From: an uncultured Candidatus Saccharibacteria bacterium
GTDB lineage: Bacteria; Patescibacteriota; Minisyncoccia; UBA6257; GWB1-50-10
Reading direction: 5' to 3'
Assembly: GCA_964449245.1 (NCBI GenBank)
Contig: CAYUXY010000005.1
Coordinates: 1 to 53,279, forward strand
Length of the DNA: 53,279 bases
Positions 53,240 to 53,279 of this stretch are shown one piece after another. The notes beneath the pieces were generated by a model. It ran no database searches and was not told where the DNA came from. It saw nothing but the letters and a program-made list of their open reading frames with translations. The position numbers and the translations under genes were made by a program. The stretch's first letter is position 1, and every line of letters begins with the position of its first letter.

Positions 53240-53279
53240 CCCATTCGACTTCGCTCATGGTCTACGACAATTCGACTTC

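Noticed and set aside
53243-53279. 10-nt direct repeat attcgacttc at 53243-53252 and 53270-53279 after tRNA-Pro
   Set aside because: It is too short and is cut by the window edge, so it cannot be interpreted. It could be chance.

Overview
This is an AT-rich, very gene-dense chromosomal segment, with almost every gene on the minus strand. Gene content and style suggest a reduced-genome bacterium of the Candidate Phyla Radiation (Patescibacteria/Parcubacteria type). This is an inference from the short ribosomal proteins with Lys-rich extensions, an RpoA without a C-terminal domain, Cys-rich orphan proteins and type IV pilus genes. Most of the window is housekeeping:
- serS, lysS, greA
- an mrdA-mreD-mreC-mreB block, then rseP, frr, holB and a second mreB
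- an infA-rpmJ-rpsM-rpsK-rpsD-rpoA-rplQ-rplM-rpsI ribosomal cluster
- RNase P RNA, rnhA, truB, secDF, ddl, rpmG, ftsZ-ftsA, ybeY-yqeY-rpsU
- a divergent hisS, lepB, pth, rplU and six tRNAs

Five coding regions missing from the ORF track were found by hand:
- a 398-codon Cys-rich gene running off the left edge
- rpmJ
- rpmG
- a 41-aa Lys-rich basic protein
- a weakly supported 48-aa acidic ORF

The best candidate for an undescribed system is the three-gene module at 27133-30537. It has a large two-TM protein, a TM-anchored protein with a HEPN-like Rx4H motif, and a soluble VirD4/TraG-like P-loop ATPase. It sits in core chromosome with no other conjugation genes, directly downstream of a sigma-region-4/HARE-HTH fusion protein.

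Secondary points of interest:
- a repeat-rich mosaic around a GIY-YIG gene and tRNA-Ala (40-nt flanking direct repeats, a duplicated tRNA 3' end, 36-37-nt tandem repeats)
- a LAGLIDADG-like ORF whose stop codon lies inside tRNA-Trp
- RpoA lacking the alpha-CTD
- a HisRS with degenerate catalytic motifs

No CRISPR array, integrase or transposase was seen. All homology calls come from motif recognition by eye, not from database searches.
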